Below, piece by piece: positions 55,243 to 64,000 of a DNA stretch of 64,000 nt. Origin of the DNA: a virus (lineage: Duplodnaviria; Caudoviricetes). The notes below the pieces were generated by a model. It made no database searches. It worked only from the letters and a program-made list of their open reading frames with translations, and was not told the origin of the DNA. The position numbers and the translations under genes are program-made. Every line of letters starts with the position of its first letter. Position 1 is the first letter of the stretch. The stretch lies in the IMG/VR virus record IMGVR_UViG_3300010998_000005, positions 14,095-78,094 of that record; one strand, written 5' to 3'.

Positions 55243-55908
55243 CTATTCTTTCATTAGGTTTTCATCTTGCATTTCTTTCAAGGCATCAATTTCCTTTTGT
55301 ATTGCCTCTTCATCTGTAAGTTTCTTATACAATACCGTGTCGGCAATATTCTTTACTGCTTCTTTCATCTTGTCGCAGATATTGTCTATGAATTGACCTT
55401 GTGTGACATCTTCTGTCTTTTCTGCCAACATTACTTCCATTCTCGCCAAGTTGTGAATGTACTGCTCAAAGGTTAGGAAACCGCTTACATTATCATTGCC
55501 TATGCTATAAAGCGGCGCATTGATATTCGTAAACCACCAATCGGCATAAGTAATAATGTTAAGGTCGCCACGTGCTTCCTCGCCTTTTTCTTGCAACAAC
55601 TTTTGCAACAAGGTAAAAGACATACCCCTTTCGGTGGTGATTTCCTTTTTGTACTTTGTCGCAATTTCCACAACGGCTTGCACGTAGATAAACGGCTTGC
55701 TATATCCGTTTGATGTTACCATTTGGAAATAGTGTGTGTGGAATGGTGTGCCGACAAGTGCATACCCCTCGGTTTCATCAACGACAAGTCTTAAAAACCT
55801 ATCGTCAAAGAAAACTTCCTTTGTGTCCTTTGTCTTATCCAAGTGCAAGGTAGCACGTTCTATTCGCCTTGCAAGTTCTTTGTTTGTTGGTTTCTTTTCG
55901 TTAGCCAT
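55243..55908 (-). CDS. Hypothetical protein
   Basis: ORF track. Confidence 0.75.
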   Translation of the reverse strand: MANEKKPTNKELARRIERATLHLDKTKDTKEVFFDDRFLRLVVDETEGYALVGTPFHTHYFQMVTSNGYSKPFIYVQAVVEIATKYKKEITTERGMSFTLLQKLLQEKGEEARGDLNIITYADWWFTNINAPLYSIGNDNVSGFLTFEQYIHNLARMEVMLAEKTEDVTQGQFIDNICDKMKEAVKNIADTVLYKKLTDEEAIQKEIDALKEMQDENLMKE

Positions 55909-55917
55909 AGTGTTTGT

Positions 55918-56454
55918 TTATTTCTTTTTGTTTCGATTATCTTCCATCCACATTGCAAGTAACTTAGAAGTTATGCCATCGTGTGTCGTAGGTACTTTAC
56001 CTTTCTTCATTCCATGTCTTTTGTTCCATTCACGAATAAAAGCCATTGCTTGTTCGTCGTTTGTTATGTGGTCATAGCAATATTCGTTTTCGGGCATAGG
56101 TGTTTGCTTAACCTCAACACCTGCATTTTCTAACTCTTGTGCCTCCTTTACAAGTTGCTCGGCACGCTCCTTGTCCTTTGGTGACAAGTCCATATCATCC
56201 ACGTTGTCATCCATATAAGACGGAACAACAAAAATCTTTTCTATGTTTTTGTATGGTGTTGTGCCAAAGACTTTCTTTATCTTTGGCTTATTCATCGTTT
56301 CACCGTCAAAGGTGCATACGGCATAGGCTTGCCCACCATTAACGAGATTTACGATAGCAACGCCATCCTTAAAAGACTGTTTGCCATCGTGTTCTTTCTT
56401 AGGTATATTTGGCAACCTAAGATATTCGATTATTTCTTTTTCAAATTGTACCAT
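55918..56454 (-). CDS. Hypothetical protein
   Basis: ORF track; upstream TAACTTTGTGGC promoter (~56559-56570, - strand). Confidence 0.75.
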   Translation of the reverse strand: MVQFEKEIIEYLRLPNIPKKEHDGKQSFKDGVAIVNLVNGGQAYAVCTFDGETMNKPKIKKVFGTTPYKNIEKIFVVPSYMDDNVDDMDLSPKDKERAEQLVKEAQELENAGVEVKQTPMPENEYCYDHITNDEQAMAFIREWNKRHGMKKGKVPTTHDGITSKLLAMWMEDNRNKKK

Positions 56455-56601
56455 ATATATATTAAATTTGTATTATGTTCTTAAAGAAAAAGTTACTACG
56501 TATCACTACGGTTCGCTTTATAGAAAATGATTAAATACATGAGCAAAGACCTATATGTCGCCACAAAGTTACAAATAAGTTTGAATATACCAAAGGAAAT
56601 A

Positions 56602-56841
56602 TCACAAAATTATGTTAATACGCCCTTTAAGCCTGTCAATTCTCCTTTGTGCTTCTTCCGTGGGTTTGCCGTTCTTGTCGCAAGGAACAAGGATTTTGGT
56701 AAGTTTGCCTATCTTTACCCACTGCCATCCTTGTTTAATCCTTCCTTGCTCTATATTCTTCGCTTTTTTAAGTGCTTTGTTAGCCTTTGCAAGCAAATCC
56801 TGTTGAACGGAAAATGTGCTATTTTGTTTGTTCTCGCTCAT
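56602..56841 (-). CDS. Hypothetical protein
   Basis: ORF track; ATGA overlap. Confidence 0.65.
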   Translation of the reverse strand: MSENKQNSTFSVQQDLLAKANKALKKAKNIEQGRIKQGWQWVKIGKLTKILVPCDKNGKPTEEAQRRIDRLKGRINIIL

Positions 56842-57044
56842 TTCTCCAATGCTTTGAACGTGCCGTTTTTAGCCACGAAGTCCAAGATGTTGACTTTTAG
56901 GTATTCCTCGCCCTCGTATTCAAAAGGCTCGCTATTGGGAAATGTTCTCTTGTATCGCCAATCCACAAGGACGGTATCTTTTTCAAAGCCAAGTTTCTGT
57001 TCCAACTGACTATGGCTATGTAAATATCTTATGTTTTTTGACAT
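56838..57044 (-). CDS. Hypothetical protein
   Basis: ORF track. Confidence 0.6.
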   Translation of the reverse strand: MSKNIRYLHSHSQLEQKLGFEKDTVLVDWRYKRTFPNSEPFEYEGEEYLKVNILDFVAKNGTFKALEK

Positions 57045-57114
57045 ATCGTGTTGTTTGTTTTGTTATTAGGGTAAGGGTATTGTTAGCATACCCCTACCCA
57101 TTGTGCTTATGCTT

Positions 57115-57936
57115 TTACTTTACTTCCTCACCATCGAAATCAGCGAACTTGTTTGCAACTGCTTGTGCTTTTTCTAAGTCAATCACATTTTCATCGTTGT
57201 CGATATAACGAACAGAATTATTCTCGCCAAGAACAGCGGAGTCACTTATAATTGCATCTCTCATTTCAACGGATAGTGGTGCGTATTTTGACAAAAGTCT
57301 TTTGAGACACGTCTTTTCGCACATTGCTTGTTTCATATCTTTATCAGCCCATAATCCGTACCCTTTGCGGTATGTCTGCGAAAATCTTTTTGCGTGAGCG
57401 TCCAATTCCTCTACGGTCATATAAAGTTGCTTTTCAAAGCCATTAACAAGGCGCATAAAGGCAACATAACCGATAATGGGTGCTTTTTCACGGCCTTTCT
57501 CCAATTTTTTGAATTGCATTTCGCCACTTACAAAATCTTCCCCTACAATTTCACCCTCACGAACATCACGAACGTTTAGTTTTTTGAATTGAGCAGAACG
57601 CAAGGCTAACTGCACATATCCACGTGCGCCCAACTGCCAAGTTGCCACCGTTGTGCCATTCTTGTTATCCTTGAATGGTATCACGTAACTCAAACCTAAT
57701 GCGGGGTCAAGGCTCAGGTCAAGTGCGCTACTTTTCAAACAACTAAACATAATTGTAGATGGGTCGCACTCACTTAACGCCTTGTTGTTGCTGACAAGTG
57801 CTACCATATTACCTACAAATGTTTGTTTCTTTTCTCCAAGAACGCTTGCAAGATAATCTTGTGTTCTTGTGTTCTCCAACATTGCGTTGAATTTTTGTAA
57901 GCCTGTCATAGGCTTCTTTACTACTTCGTTTGCCAT
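57115..57936 (-). CDS. recT: RecT-family single-strand annealing recombinase
   Basis: CDPSTI...LDLSLDPALGLSYVIPF, QLGARGYVQLALRS, HAKRFSQTY and MCEKTCLKRLL motifs. Confidence 0.9.
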   Translation of the reverse strand: MANEVVKKPMTGLQKFNAMLENTRTQDYLASVLGEKKQTFVGNMVALVSNNKALSECDPSTIMFSCLKSSALDLSLDPALGLSYVIPFKDNKNGTTVATWQLGARGYVQLALRSAQFKKLNVRDVREGEIVGEDFVSGEMQFKKLEKGREKAPIIGYVAFMRLVNGFEKQLYMTVEELDAHAKRFSQTYRKGYGLWADKDMKQAMCEKTCLKRLLSKYAPLSVEMRDAIISDSAVLGENNSVRYIDNDENVIDLEKAQAVANKFADFDGEEVK

Positions 57937-57945
57937 AATCTTGTA

Positions 57946-58938
57946 TTATTTGTTATTATCTTTTGCTTTAATCACTACATACCCTTTCTTCTTCGTTGTT
58001 TTCTTGAAGTCACGTTGCAATCTCTTAGCCTTGACAGGCTTGTTGCCGAACTCCTTTTCAAAGATAGCCTTGTAGTCCACGCTAATGCTTTCTGTAGGGT
58101 CAACCCTTGTAATAGACCACACATCCGACTTTATACTTTTTATATCCTTTTCAAGCATAAAATCAAAAAGTTTAGCCTTAAAGTCCGCTACTTTTTGCTC
58201 ACGTTCCTTAATTTCAACAAGCACGTTGCTTATTGTATCAAACTCCTGCTTGACTTTTTCGGGCAAATACGCCGCTTGTATCTCATCGCCCTCGGAATAG
58301 AAATCAAAGGTTTCGAGGAAATCGGAAACTATATCCATTGCCTTGTTCAAGTCAAACAGGGGTGCACCGCCTAAGTGAACACGTTTGATGACAAGCCTGT
58401 CCATATCAAACTCTTGTGGCTGTGAAAGGTCAAGACCATCGGTTTGGTAATGCACAAGATATAGTTGTATCTTCCAATTCTTGCCGTATTCTTTTGCTTT
58501 TTCCTTTGCGAGAAGCCAATGTTGGAATAGTTGGAATTTATATTCGTTGCGTACTTGTTCTGTTGTGTACCTTGATGCTTTTATCTCGTAAACATACAGT
58601 GTCTTTGCCTTGTCGTCTTTGCGTGTGATGTCAGGATGGGATATACATTTCGCCCATTTGCGTGAATAGGTTTTACTAACCCATAGTGGGTTGCTTTCAT
58701 ACCCCTCGTTTGATTGGCTAAGATACGCGAATATTGCTTGTTCAGTTTCGTCACCAAATCTAACCGCATCGGTATAAGGTATATCGGTTTGTTCTATCAA
58801 GCCCTTACATACCGCCAAACGCTTGTATGCGCTTTTTGGAACTACACCCTGTGTTGCTATTGTAGCGAGCATTTTAGCATCGCTTGAACCAAGACACCCC
58901 TTGCGAGTGTTGGCTATTTCAAGTTTGTAATCTTCCAT
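57946..58938 (-). CDS. YqaJ-like (lambda-exonuclease family) nuclease
   Basis: RKGCLGSSDA, FGDETE, SHPD and EIKAS PD-(D/E)XK motifs; paired with recT. Confidence 0.8.
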   Translation of the reverse strand: MEDYKLEIANTRKGCLGSSDAKMLATIATQGVVPKSAYKRLAVCKGLIEQTDIPYTDAVRFGDETEQAIFAYLSQSNEGYESNPLWVSKTYSRKWAKCISHPDITRKDDKAKTLYVYEIKASRYTTEQVRNEYKFQLFQHWLLAKEKAKEYGKNWKIQLYLVHYQTDGLDLSQPQEFDMDRLVIKRVHLGGAPLFDLNKAMDIVSDFLETFDFYSEGDEIQAAYLPEKVKQEFDTISNVLVEIKEREQKVADFKAKLFDFMLEKDIKSIKSDVWSITRVDPTESISVDYKAIFEKEFGNKPVKAKRLQRDFKKTTKKKGYVVIKAKDNNK

Positions 58939-58951
58939 ATTGTTTTGTTGT

Positions 58952-59290
58952 TTAATCAGCCTTTGTTTTCACTATATAACATTCATGGCAGTTAATCGCA
59001 TTCACGATAACATCCTTACCTTTTACCTCATCTTTGAAAGCACTGACAAAGCCAAAAATTACGGCTATATTGCCTGTGTGTGCTTTTACCCTACGCAAGT
59101 ATTCTATTACTTGTTTGCGGAAGCACATTATATGCAAGTGTTGGTCTTGGTTGTTTTCGGTGCTATTCTGCGTTTGCTTAGATTGCAATTCAAATGAGAA
59201 ATATATATAGGGTTCTCCATTCTTTGTTTTGCCCTCCTTGAAAGCACTTCCAATCCTACCTACAAGAGTTAATTGATTGCGGTCAGCCAT
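58952..59290 (-). CDS. Single-stranded DNA-binding protein-like (no acidic tail)
   Basis: NQLTLVGRIG...HLHIMCF...G..AVIFG SSB pattern. Confidence 0.6.
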   Translation of the reverse strand: MADRNQLTLVGRIGSAFKEGKTKNGEPYIYFSFELQSKQTQNSTENNQDQHLHIMCFRKQVIEYLRRVKAHTGNIAVIFGFVSAFKDEVKGKDVIVNAINCHECYIVKTKAD

Positions 59291-59474
59291 TCTTTTCTCT
59301 TCTTATCTTAATTCCACTACAAAGTTACTAAAAATATTTGGGATATACCCAAGATTTACTATCTTTAACACACTCAATTTAGGCTTGCACGATACCTTGC
59401 GAACAAAACACATTTCATGCAATTACAATCGCAATCATGTTGTCTTTCGCACATTTGGTCTAATTCATATTCCG

Positions 59475-59675
59475 TCATGTTGTCATTTCCTTAAAGTCAA
59501 ACATTTTTACAAGGTGTGTAAGGCTTTCGTCGTAGGTCTTGCCCATATACTCGGCTTGCACCTTTGCCATTTGTCTAATTCTATGTGATGCACTGCGCCA
59601 ACATAGCAATTTCTTAAAGTTATTGAATTGTGTTACCAATTCGTTCATTCTTTCTCCGTATTGTTCTTTATTCAT
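59475..59675 (-). CDS. Hypothetical protein
   Basis: ORF track. Confidence 0.6.
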   Translation of the reverse strand: MNKEQYGERMNELVTQFNNFKKLLCWRSASHRIRQMAKVQAEYMGKTYDESLTHLVKMFDFKEMTT

Positions 59676-59677
59676 GT

Positions 59678-60244
59678 CTATTCGCTTTTAATAATTATTA
59701 CTTTTACTTTGTCACCCTTTTCCACAAGAGGTACATCTTCATCATAGTCCCATAATTCTAACTGTGGTATGTATGGATAGCCACCAGCATCAACTCTTAC
59801 TTCACACTCAATAGCATCTTTCATTATCTGCTCTTTCTGCAACCTCATACCATACTCGATAGCATCAATGAATGTTGGTGTGCGATTGTGCTTTTTCAAG
59901 TGGCTTGTCACAAAGTCAGACTCCATATGTGCCTGCTCTGCTGTTAGCGCATCACAATGTTTGAGCCTTTCTTTTTCAAACTGATCTTCTTTCCACTTAG
60001 CACCCATAATAAACCCTGCACGGACTCTTGCATCTGCACCTTTGTTCCCACTACAATAGTCTATTGCCGCTTGTTCCAAGTCCTTGCTTACAGGATTTTC
60101 TTCATTGTATTCAGTGACAATAAAGTTATGATATTCTTTCATTGCTTTACGCAAATGTGAAGCATCGGTAGTAAGATACTGTGCCGCATAATACATTGCA
60201 TCTGCAAGTTTTTTAGTCCTCTTTAGTTTCTCTTTGTCTGTCAT
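59678..60244 (-). CDS. Hypothetical phage protein
   Basis: DLEQAA..Y...GF..GAKW modular motif. Confidence 0.7.
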   Translation of the reverse strand: MTDKEKLKRTKKLADAMYYAAQYLTTDASHLRKAMKEYHNFIVTEYNEENPVSKDLEQAAIDYCSGNKGADARVRAGFIMGAKWKEDQFEKERLKHCDALTAEQAHMESDFVTSHLKKHNRTPTFIDAIEYGMRLQKEQIMKDAIECEVRVDAGGYPYIPQLELWDYDEDVPLVEKGDKVKVIIIKSE

Positions 60245-60245
60245 A

Positions 60246-60575
60246 CTATTCTCCTTTCATATATTTTCTAAACTCGCCAATAATCTGGTCTGAACAAGTA
60301 GGGATGTACTCACCCTTACCCCCTTTATTGTATAAATACTTGTTTTTGTTTTCTTTCAACCACTCTATAGCTCTTCGGGTTGCCTCATCGTAACCTTCCT
60401 CTTTATATTCGCCAACAGACTCAAGAATAACCTCCGAGACGGCTTCTATCTTGTAATTAGGTTTACTCAGTTTGTTGTTTGTGAAGTAGCACAGACAATA
60501 GCAATAGTCGTGTTCCAATCTATCATAATCCTTAATCTTAAAGATTATGTCTTTGATTTTATCTATTACATTCAT
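60246..60575 (-). CDS. Hypothetical protein
   Basis: ORF track; RAIEWLK...FRKYMKGE tail resembles its neighbour. Confidence 0.65.
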   Translation of the reverse strand: MNVIDKIKDIIFKIKDYDRLEHDYCYCLCYFTNNKLSKPNYKIEAVSEVILESVGEYKEEGYDEATRRAIEWLKENKNKYLYNKGGKGEYIPTCSDQIIGEFRKYMKGE

Positions 60576-60811
60576 ACCTTATCCTCTTTCATATAATTTT
60601 GGAATCGTGCAATAAAATCTTCTGTAAATGATATGCCAACCATTTCACCTTGCTTTTCAATCCAATTACAAGCCTTTTCGATAAAGGCATCAGTACGGGT
60701 GTACTCAACGCTCTCATTGTTCGCTGCTCTGCGTAACCAAGGACGCAGAAATTCTCTACCACCAATATCGGGGTGAATATAAATCTTCTCTGGTGCCTTA
60801 CTTGGTTTCAT
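60572..60811 (-). CDS. Hypothetical protein
   Basis: APEKIYI...VEYTRTDAFIEKAC.W...F..YM motif. Confidence 0.7.
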   Translation of the reverse strand: MKPSKAPEKIYIHPDIGGREFLRPWLRRAANNESVEYTRTDAFIEKACNWIEKQGEMVGISFTEDFIARFQNYMKEDKV

Positions 60812-60814
60812 AAC

Positions 60815-61702
60815 TTATTCTCCTCTTAGTTTCTTTAATTGCTCTAACAAGTCTTCAAGTACCGCCTCTGCTTCATTTGCTATTTCAGTATCAGGCATTC
60901 TATTTATCGCCCATTTAAGCCAATGAATATGCTCATCACTCGGCTTCCACCTGTTCTGATGTCTGAGGGATTTGAGCCAGTCAATGTCTTGTTCTTGCTG
61001 ATAGATAGTATCGGTATCTCCTTTTCTATTGTACCACAAGAAATCAATAACACGCTGTAGTCTTGTACTATCCTCTTCACTCCAAGCAGGCTTTTGTTTA
61101 CACAACTTTCTTACATCGCTGAGAGCACACTTATGTTCAAGGATACCATCATCTGTCTGATAACCTTCAACTTTGCCTGGTGTTCTTTCAAGAATTCTCT
61201 GGGCATGCCATAAAGAGTCTATACCAAAGTTCTCGCCATTGTATTCTTCGGTTTTAAACTTAGGCTCAATCTTATTAGCAAGTTGCTGTTCACTTATCTT
61301 TTCAATTAGCTCATCAATATCATTAAGAGAGAACATTTTTGTAGTATCATCAGAGTAATTAGGCTCGTGCCTGTTACCACTTGCTTGCTGATAGACTTCA
61401 AAACGCATATCTTTCCATGTTTCAAGCAACGTTTTGCCTTGCGATTGCTCACCTTGCTTTTCAAGCCAAGCAATCCATGCCCTAATATTCTTATACTTAG
61501 GGTCGTTGGAATATTTCTCGGCTCTGTTTTTGCAAAAGGCAAGAAGTTCTTTTCTCACCCTCTCACCCTCGCTCTCTTTGAGTTCGGGGAAGATTTCTTC
61601 AATTATTCGATTAGCATACGTTGGAATTTTATCTGCATTTGGAGCATTATGCCATTTCTTTGCTCTTTCAAGAGCCTCTTCGTATTTCTTTTCGTAATCC
61701 AT
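60815..61702 (-). CDS. Modular hypothetical protein (WSEED / WKPS repeats)
   Basis: KKYEEALERAK, ESEGERVRKEL, KPAWSEED and RWKPSDE modules. Confidence 0.75.
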   Translation of the reverse strand: MDYEKKYEEALERAKKWHNAPNADKIPTYANRIIEEIFPELKESEGERVRKELLAFCKNRAEKYSNDPKYKNIRAWIAWLEKQGEQSQGKTLLETWKDMRFEVYQQASGNRHEPNYSDDTTKMFSLNDIDELIEKISEQQLANKIEPKFKTEEYNGENFGIDSLWHAQRILERTPGKVEGYQTDDGILEHKCALSDVRKLCKQKPAWSEEDSTRLQRVIDFLWYNRKGDTDTIYQQEQDIDWLKSLRHQNRWKPSDEHIHWLKWAINRMPDTEIANEAEAVLEDLLEQLKKLRGE

Positions 61703-62032
61703 AATTATATGTTATTATTGAATAATATTATAAAAACCGAGTGAAATGCCTCCTATTAAGGCTAAAATGATATTGTTGTCTTGTAATGCTAACGTGATAC
61801 AACTAACACCACCTACTAATAAAATCGTTGTTAAGTATTTCATATCTTATATTCTTTCGATTGTTAAGTTTTGATTAGTACCCACACATACAATAGGCTT
61901 TTTCGTTGTCTAATTCTATTTCCATGTTAGTGCACGCACGGCATATAGGTGAGCGATACCAAAAATCTTTTGGGCAGACATATTGCCGTTCTTCTTGTGT
62001 AGCATACTTGATTGGTTGAAAATCGTTGTTAT

Positions 62033-62284
62033 TCATTCAAAGCCCTCCCATATCTTTATTGCAAGGCTGTCAAGTTCTTTCTTACGCCTTTCGGCACAGA
62101 ACTTGCAGTTGCCTTTGTGGGCAAGAAAGCCTTTATAGCCAACACTGCGCACTACATATTCACATGAGTCATATACGCAAACACCAAAATTATCATTATT
62201 TGCTAAGGCTTTTGCATATCTTTGTTGATCTTCACACCCCACCATTATCAAGACGGTAAGTGCCAATAATGCAATCTTTTTCAT
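62033..62284 (-). CDS. Predicted lipoprotein
   Basis: Signal peptide with lipobox MVGC; HKGNCKFC. Confidence 0.65.
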   Translation of the reverse strand: MKKIALLALTVLIMVGCEDQQRYAKALANNDNFGVCVYDSCEYVVRSVGYKGFLAHKGNCKFCAERRKKELDSLAIKIWEGFE

Positions 62285-62287
62285 ACG

Positions 62288-62479
62288 CTATTTCTTTTTG
62301 AATATTAGTTTATCTACTTTATAGAATACAAGTCCGCCTATAAGGTTGGCAAGTATGGTGCTTGCAAGGTTTCCGTACTTGTCTATGGTAAGATAGATTA
62401 CCAAAGATAGTATTGGCGTGGAAAGTTGCCATCGCAGTAAGTATATAATGAGTTTCATATCTACTTGCAAAGTTATCAA
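62288..62479 (-). CDS. Small two-TM membrane protein
   Basis: YLLRWQLSTPIL...ANLIGGLVFY hydrophobic helices. Confidence 0.6.
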   Translation of the reverse strand: MITLQVDMKLIIYLLRWQLSTPILSLVIYLTIDKYGNLASTILANLIGGLVFYKVDKLIFKKK

Positions 62480-62518
62480 TAAATTTGGCGAATACCAAAT
62501 ATATTAAACTTAATTAAG

Positions 62519-62977
62519 TTAAGATTTGTTATCGCCATCTTCCTCTGTATCTTTTATTAGTTCTTGTATTTCTTTGTTGTTGGCAACCTTATCCGTTGCT
62601 TTGAGTAATGATTTTAGGTTGGACTTTATTTGCTTGATATTACCTACGGCAGTTACCAATTCACGCAGGGTATTGGCACTCTCGTTGGTGAGTAGCGGTT
62701 CTTGCAAATTTTTAGCCTCTCTAATCCATTCCCAAATAGTTCGTTGTGTAACTTGCCTCTGCCACTTTTTGAAAGCCTCTATCGCCCTATTTTTGTTGGC
62801 AAGTTCATTTTCGAGGTATTGTATTTCGCTTTTCAGTTTGCCGTTTTCTATTGATAGTTGCTTGATAACTGTGCTATCGGGAACGTCTGGGTTGCTTACC
62901 GTTTGTCTGTTGAACATATCTTTTTTTTGCTTTGTTTGTTTATAACTTATACGGCTTAAATCCGTATCGTTCTTCAA
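62519..62977 (-). CDS. Coiled-coil hypothetical protein
   Basis: ORF track. Confidence 0.6.
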   Translation of the reverse strand: MKNDTDLSRISYKQTKQKKDMFNRQTVSNPDVPDSTVIKQLSIENGKLKSEIQYLENELANKNRAIEAFKKWQRQVTQRTIWEWIREAKNLQEPLLTNESANTLRELVTAVGNIKQIKSNLKSLLKATDKVANNKEIQELIKDTEEDGDNKS

Positions 62978-63075
62978 TAAGTTTGTTTAGCCAAGGACAC
63001 CATTCGCCATCGTGAAACACCTTCTGCAAGAATGTACTCGCACGTTTAATTGCCTCTTCTTTTGTCATAATCCTT

Positions 63076-63504
63076 TTAGTTTTTAACCCATGCAATGTAT
63101 AGAATAATCCAAGCCACAAACATAATTCCGAACGCCCACCAAAGGTTGCGGATGGTTTTCTTGTAATTACGGATAATTTCATCATAAACAATTTCGTTGT
63201 TAGTACAACTTTTTTGTATTTTTTCTCTATCGTAAGACTCGTTTGCGGACATTTTATCTACAAAATCAGCATCTTCACGACTTATAAACTGACAGATTCC
63301 TTCATCCGATAAGTCGCAACCTTTAATGTCTGCATGACGCTTATCATTTACCCAAAGGATTTTTACGAGGTCACCTCTTATTGCATCCTCTAATCCTTTC
63401 TTGAAATTTTCTTTGCTTTTCTTAACCTTTTCATCAAAGTTCTTTTCGATGTCGGTTAGTCTATTATAGACCTCTTCGCTAATAATAATTCCTTTTGTTT
63501 TCAT
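63076..63504 (-). CDS. Hypothetical protein with C-terminal TM helix
   Basis: LWWAFGIMFVAWIILYIAW. Confidence 0.7.
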   Translation of the reverse strand: MKTKGIIISEEVYNRLTDIEKNFDEKVKKSKENFKKGLEDAIRGDLVKILWVNDKRHADIKGCDLSDEGICQFISREDADFVDKMSANESYDREKIQKSCTNNEIVYDEIIRNYKKTIRNLWWAFGIMFVAWIILYIAWVKN

Positions 63505-63535
63505 TTTTTTTATTTCACTTCCGTTAATAATGTTT

Positions 63536-63730
63536 TTATTCCCTAAACTTGTTTATGACACGTTGGATATCATTAGAGAGCAATCCTTCTTCCTTAAATG
63601 CTTTTTCTATCTCATTAAGTAGTACGTTCATTGCAGCAATGGATTCGTATTCGTCTATCCATCCATAACAAAGTTCCTTTATTGTTTCCATATTCTTATT
63701 TATTTCTATGTTTTGCCCAATACCATTCAA
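63536..63730 (-). CDS. Hypothetical protein
   Basis: ORF track; probable start METIKEL. Confidence 0.55.
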   Translation of the reverse strand: MNGIGQNIEINKNMETIKELCYGWIDEYESIAAMNVLLNEIEKAFKEEGLLSNDIQRVINKFRE

Positions 63731-63884
63731 ATTTCCACCATGTAAAGATAAAGTAGAAATAGATTCCTCCTATATCAGTGTAATTCACTTTTAATCGTGG
63801 ACGTAAGCCAAAACCATCATGAGCAACCCAATAGGCCCACATATTGGAATCGCTTTTCTTAAAATAGTACTTAAATAGTCTCAT
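63696..63884 (-). CDS. Hypothetical protein
   Basis: ORF track; aromatic-rich. Confidence 0.5.
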   Translation of the reverse strand: MRLFKYYFKKSDSNMWAYWVAHDGFGLRPRLKVNYTDIGGIYFYFIFTWWKFEWYWAKHRNK

Positions 63885-64000
63885 AATTTAGCGTATTTTA
63901 GTGAATATTTAGGTTTGTATCTCTTGCATCCATATCCGATACAGCAGTCATTGTCTTCTTTGCTCGTTTTGCAAAGGCAACGTGTCGCTATATCACCGTA

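Noticed and set aside
1-64000. Alternative genetic code (TAG/TGA recoding) as an explanation for the fragmented methyltransferase
   Set aside because: Long genes (terminase, tape measure, 2206-aa tail protein) are intact in the standard code, no suppressor tRNA is present, and the cassette junctions are frame offsets rather than in-frame stops.
53750-64000. DGR template repeat / reverse transcriptase, integrase or CI-like repressor
   Set aside because: No AAC-rich duplicate of the variable region, no YxDD RT and no tyrosine/serine recombinase motifs were found by eye; they may lie outside the window.

Overview
This window is most of the genome of a tailed dsDNA phage (Caudoviricetes, siphovirus-like). 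The host is very probably a Bacteroidales/Prevotella-type bacterium. That is an inference from recurrent TTTG-N20-21-TAnnTTTG promoters, mostly weak Shine-Dalgarno signals and DUF3127/DUF4494-like proteins. Layout: (1) 1-2.9 kb, leftward genes and a low-complexity divergent control region; (2) 3-22.2 kb (+), DNA modification and replication genes: PAPS-reductase-like, MazG-like, two methyltransferases, two HNH endonucleases, replication initiator, DnaN clamp, RuvC-like resolvase, tRNA-Glu and tRNA-Gln; (3) 22.3-25.7 kb (-), a six-gene operon of unknown function; (4) 25.9-37.2 kb (-), a 2206-aa tail-tip/fibre protein, lysis genes, portal and terminase; (5) 37.4-53.7 kb (+), head, neck, tail, tape measure and fibre genes; (6) 53.9-64 kb (-), RecT/YqaJ recombination genes, SSB-like proteins and small ORFs. 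No integrase or clear repressor is present in the window. The most striking feature is a C5-cytosine methyltransferase split into an N-terminal catalytic gene, nine overlapping mini-ORFs resembling target-recognition modules, and a C-terminal motif IX-X gene. Eight of the nine junctions are offset by +1, and four G/C homopolymer tracts are all currently out of frame. Other notable items: QLxLF clamp-binding tails on four consecutive proteins together with a phage DnaN; a DGR-type variable region with no RT or template repeat in the window; a pseudoknot/antisense-type leader in front of the replication initiator; and a candidate structured ncRNA preceding tRNA-Glu. All family assignments come from motif recognition by eye; no database searches were run.
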